Shown one piece after another: positions 9,333 to 13,449 of a stretch of 13,449 nt of DNA; the first letter of the stretch is position 1; every line of letters begins with the position of its first letter. The notes under the pieces were generated by a model. That model ran no database searches. It saw only the letters and a program-made list of their open reading frames with translations, and was not told where the DNA came from. The stretch lies in NCBI RefSeq assembly GCF_006345805.1, contig NW_021826748.1, positions 1-13,449 on the forward strand, written 5' to 3'. This DNA comes from Octopus sinensis. Lineage: Eukaryota. A program made the position numbers and the translations under genes.

Positions 9333-9419
9333 ATATAGTCACAATTAGAATGATTCTAATTATAGGTACATTTTGTTTAGCAGAATTGAGAGGCTTTCAA
9401 CATCAACATTAATACTTAC

Positions 9420-9458
9420 TTGTCATCAGACCGGAATGGCTGTTTCATAGCGCATGCG
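9420..9458 (-). other. Candidate 39-bp micro-exon, copy 2
   Basis: Identical to 7844-7882. Confidence 0.3.
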
Positions 9459-9513
9459 CTGAAGAAAGATTGAACTCAGATTGAATGATGAGAAAAGAGC
9501 GTCATCATAACGA

Positions 9514-9716
9514 TACCTATTTCTTTACTACCCACAAGGGGCTAAACACAGAGGGGACAAACAAGGACATACGAACGGATTAAGTCGATTATATCGACCC
9601 CGAAAGAATGAAAGGCAAAGTCGACCTCGGCGGAATTTGAACTCAGAACGTTGCGGCAGACGAAATAACGCTAAGCATTTCGCCCGGCGTGCTAACGTTT
9701 CTGCCAGCTCGCCGCC
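9514..9716 (-). mobile_element. tRNA-derived SINE (OK-like), copy 2, with a 10-bp TSD
   Basis: Identical to 7939-8141. TSD is ATCATAACGA (9504-9513) and AACATAACGA (9717-9726), 9 of 10 matching. Confidence 0.88.
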
Positions 9717-9744
9717 AACATAACGAGTTAGAGGGTTAACTTAC

Positions 9745-10023
9745 AGCAAAAATATCATCAACCGCCAAAATACATTCACCGAGGAGAGCAACAAATATTG
9801 ACACTTTCTGATCTTCAGAACTTGAAGAGTTCGTCAACTTTTCTTCCTTTGTTTTTAATTGAATTTCCATCCACGAAACAACAATCAAACCAATGCCAAT
9901 CAATGCCATTATGAATTCCGCACCATTCTTCGAACCAATCAATCGAGAATCTATTGTAGTGGAATAACAAGCAATAACATCGTTGAAATAATGAGGCTAT
10001 TCATGATCTTTGGGTGAAGATTC
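9745..10023 (-). other. Candidate 279-bp exon of a multi-pass membrane protein, copy 2
   Basis: AG|GAA at 10023 and GCT|GTAAGT at 9745; 93 codons, phase 0-0, with a single in-frame TAG at codon 9. Reads ESSPKDHE*PHYF...SKNGAEFIMALIGIGLIVVSWMEIQLKTKEEKLTNSSSSEDQKVSIFVALLGECILAVDDIFA. Confidence 0.3.
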
Positions 10024-10036
10024 CTAACTTTTAATT

Positions 10037-10205
10037 ATAGATAGAGAGAAAGATGGATAGATAGATAGAGAGAAAGATAGATAGATAGATAAATAGATAG
10101 ATAGATAGATAGATAGATAGTAGATAGATAGATATATAGATAGATATATAATAGAGAGGTAGAGGGATAGATAGATAGATTGAAGACAGGCGAATAGACA
10201 GACAG
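10037..10205. repeat. (GATA)n array, copy 2 (more interrupted than copy 1)
   Basis: Direct read. Confidence 0.95.
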
Positions 10206-10337
10206 ATGCATACGAACATAAATGTAAATATATAGACAGAGAATAAATTGAGATACCTATATCTATTCAAGTATTTATATCTTATCCACTGTTTCTATGT
10301 TTTAATCCTTTTCTCCCTTCTTTCCCTCTCTCTCCCG

Positions 10338-10379
10338 TATATATATATATATGTATATAATATATGTATATAGATATAT

Positions 10380-10411
<32 letters not shown>

Positions 10412-10600
10412 ATATATATACACTACATACATTATCATAAATACATACACACATATATATGTGTGTGTGTGTGTGTATACACATACATAAACACACATGT
10501 ATATCTGTTCGATAACTAAAGTTTGTATCGATATCTTAACATTTACCATAGTTGTGTATGCTGGCATGTGAACCCGCGCAAGGACACAAATACACACACA

Positions 10601-10651
<51 letters not shown>

Positions 10652-10655
10652 ATAT
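10338..10655. repeat. (TA)n, (GT)n and (CA)n microsatellite cluster
   Basis: Direct read; (CA)n at ~10590-10652. Confidence 0.9.
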
Positions 10656-11055
10656 TCACTCTCATACACTAACTGTCATACAGAACGATTAACTGATTTC
10701 ATTATATATGAGATACAAAATTTGCTGAGACCCTGCCAATCTGCATGTATTCTACACGACTGATTTCTAAGTTCTGGATCAACCGTGAATCTCACCTCGG
10801 ATTTCAGTATAACGATACATCTGTATTTTATGAAAAATAACGGGGTATCTCCGATTACCAATTTCTTTGAAAATTTTAACTTCATGGGAAGCATAATGAT
10901 GTGACCTTGAATCTGCCACTGATTTTGCTGTTATAGAATGGATGGTGCAAGGCAGAATCTTTTGAAGGTTCGCTCCAGTTGTGCTTTGATTATTTAGACT
11001 TATGATCCAACATGACATCGGTTACGAGCGACCTGTTTTATTTATTCCATTTATA

Positions 11056-11715
11056 TACGAGTTATTATCAAAAGTTTCCCGACCTATTTATGATTAATCA
11101 AAAAGTCGTATTTACCTAAGTTCCAACGTCATCAGCTTCGGAATAGTCACCTCGCACAGCATTGCACCGGTCCCAGCGTCCCTGCCACTTTTCGTATCCG
11201 ACTTGAAATTAGTCTTCCGTAAGGGAATGGAGGACCTTCTGCTATTCACTCGCGATCTCGACAGCGTAGTTAAAACGGCGACCTTTGAACTGCATTTTTC
11301 ATCTTGGGAAAGAGACGGAAGTTCGCAGGTGGTAAATCTGGCAAATATGACGGGTGTCGAAGCGATACCGTGTTATTTCTAGCGAGAAACTCACGACTGA
11401 GGAAAGCTGTATGACAGGTGCATTGTCCTCGCGAAGAATCGAATTCAGGATTGCCTGCACGGACTCACGAAACAGACCAACATTTACAATCTTCTTGATT
11501 GTCCTCCGACGATCCTCATACACAAACTAATGATATTTCTCCACATTTCCGGGAGTGACGATCTTGGCAAGTCTTCAAGATCGCTCATCATCGTTCAAGG
11601 ACGCTCCTCTGCTTTTGAAGCGCCCATGCCACTTGAAACATTGCTTACCGTGTGCTGCCATCTGCTGGCGGACTACAAGACGACCAGTCAGGTAATTCTT
11701 TGATACCACTTAATA
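11056..11715 (-). mobile_element. Internally deleted, decayed mariner (Tc1/mariner) transposon with both TIRs and TA TSDs
   Basis: Minus strand HTH remnant CFKWHGRFKS.GASLNDDERS..YEDRRRTI..SVQAIL, fused to a catalytic remnant EDNAP..EFLARNN..HPSYLPDLPPANF.LFPKMK..FKGRRF..WDRC..GDYSE (YSPDLAP motif). TIR-like ends TA|CGAGTTATTATCAAAAGTTTCCCGAC (11056) and TA|TTAAGTGGTATCAAAGAATTACCTGAC (11715). Confidence 0.9.
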
Positions 11716-11959
11716 TTCTTTGGGCGACATGAAACGGGTTTTATATATACGCATATGTCATTGTCTGTGGAATAAAGCAATATGAATAAAGGAGATTTGG
11801 TTGCTATTTCTAGTAAAACACGTGACTAGGAAGTGGCTTCTTTTGGTGAACTGGGTTGAATTATTTGTTTCACATTCCACATTACAAACACCTGGATTCG
11901 AAAATCTATTGATGGTATAACAAATGCCTATTTCTCTCGTTTCTTCACACACCGGAGTG

Positions 11960-12320
<361 letters not shown>

Positions 12321-12742
12321 ATCCATATGCCAAATGCTTATGCGAAATAAGGTGGAGGAGATCGTACTGGAATATGAATGGTATAGTAACATGGTTTTTC
12401 ATTGAAGCTTAGAACCTTCAGTAAGAATTGGCCAGAGTTTCATGCAACTGATCAGCAGACTGTTGCAATTCTTTTAAGTCAACGCTGGAGTTTATAAGTA
12501 TTAATAAACGATGTAGAAATTATTCTTTAGAAACTCATCAAAGAAACAATTAATGCTAATTGGACAGGGTGTGATTACAATTGACAGGAGATTGTTAAAT
12601 GAAAACCGATTGATTTCTATGCTAAAATCGAAACATTTAAAGCGAGTCGAAATTCAATAAAAGAAATTCAATTTCATAATGTTGTAAGTGTACAAGATCA
12701 AAATTGAAATAAGAAATTAATGCAAAGAACAATGAAAGACAA

Positions 12743-12821
12743 CACACATACATGCACACACACACACACATATATGTAGTATAGATATATATGTATATAT
12801 ATATGTATATATATATATACG

Positions 12822-12852
<31 letters not shown>

Positions 12853-12898
12853 ATATATATATATTATATTATATATTGTACATATATATATATATATA

Positions 12899-12928
<30 letters not shown>
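12743..12928. repeat. (CA)n then long interrupted (TA)n microsatellite
   Basis: Direct read. Confidence 0.95.
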
Positions 12929-12933
<5 letters not shown>

Positions 12934-13304
12934 AACCATTTTTGAGTTTCAGACAAACTGGTTTTTACAGAGATATATTTAATTATACAATGACATTTAA
13001 AATATCTTGGCAATTAACTTTGTAGCACCACCACCTATATCAGGCTAACAGGCTGCTCAAGAAGAAGGCATAAGTTCATATTTGGGAATATTTGAAATAA
13101 TTGCTACCTATTACGCAGGGTATCGTGTCAAAAAAGGAACAAGAATGGGCAGTTCAAAATATCACTTCGCGCGTTTCAATAGCATGCTTATTTCTTAAAC
13201 AATGTATTGTAATTATTATGCACTGTTGCATAACAACGTCTATAGGGATGCTTTGAAACGGTCGTTCTTAATGTTTTACTACATACGCACAAACACACAC
13301 TGAT

Positions 13305-13333
13305 TATATATATATATATATATATTTATATAT
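13305..13333. repeat. (TA)n microsatellite
   Basis: Direct read. Confidence 0.9.
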
Positions 13334-13449
13334 TTAGTCGATGACTATTTTCTCTTTTTCACCAGGCCGCTGGTTGCGATAAATTTCTATTGAATTTTTT
13401 TGCTACCCTAAATTGACTAATTGATAATTTTCTGAATAATTCTGAGATT

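Larger units (their letters stand above)
8833..10400. repeat. Tandem duplication, copy 2
   Basis: See copy 1. The shared CATACATACAC...CACTCACAC microsatellite fine structure shows the unit starts inside a TA tract. Confidence 0.97.

Noticed and set aside
10796-11032. Kinase or IRE1-KEN-like resemblance (ALHHPFY, HHY) and a TAA=Gln reading of three in-frame stops
   Set aside because: The matches are short and scattered across frames. The LINE remnants decode normally with the standard code, so nothing supports an alternative code.

Overview
AT-rich, repeat-dense eukaryotic non-coding DNA, probably intronic or intergenic. It is most likely from an octopus or other coleoid cephalopod, inferred from the tRNA-derived SINE types and a microsatellite load of roughly 15% by eye. 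No intact protein-coding gene can be confirmed, and most listed ORFs are microsatellite or antisense artefacts. Contents: two decayed 5'-truncated R4/Dong-clade LINEs in tandem around an (AAT)/(AGT) microsatellite (1104-3885); the 3' end of an RTE-type LINE with three C2H2-like zinc fingers (4226-4787); an inverted pair of one interspersed element (5627-6156 and 6506-6826); a near-identical ~1.58-kb tandem duplication (~7256-10400) carrying two SINE types, a Tigger-like end and a candidate minus-strand exon pair; and an internally deleted mariner (11056-11715). The host-gene exon calls are tentative. Repeat-family names come from recalled peptide and sequence motifs, not from a database search.
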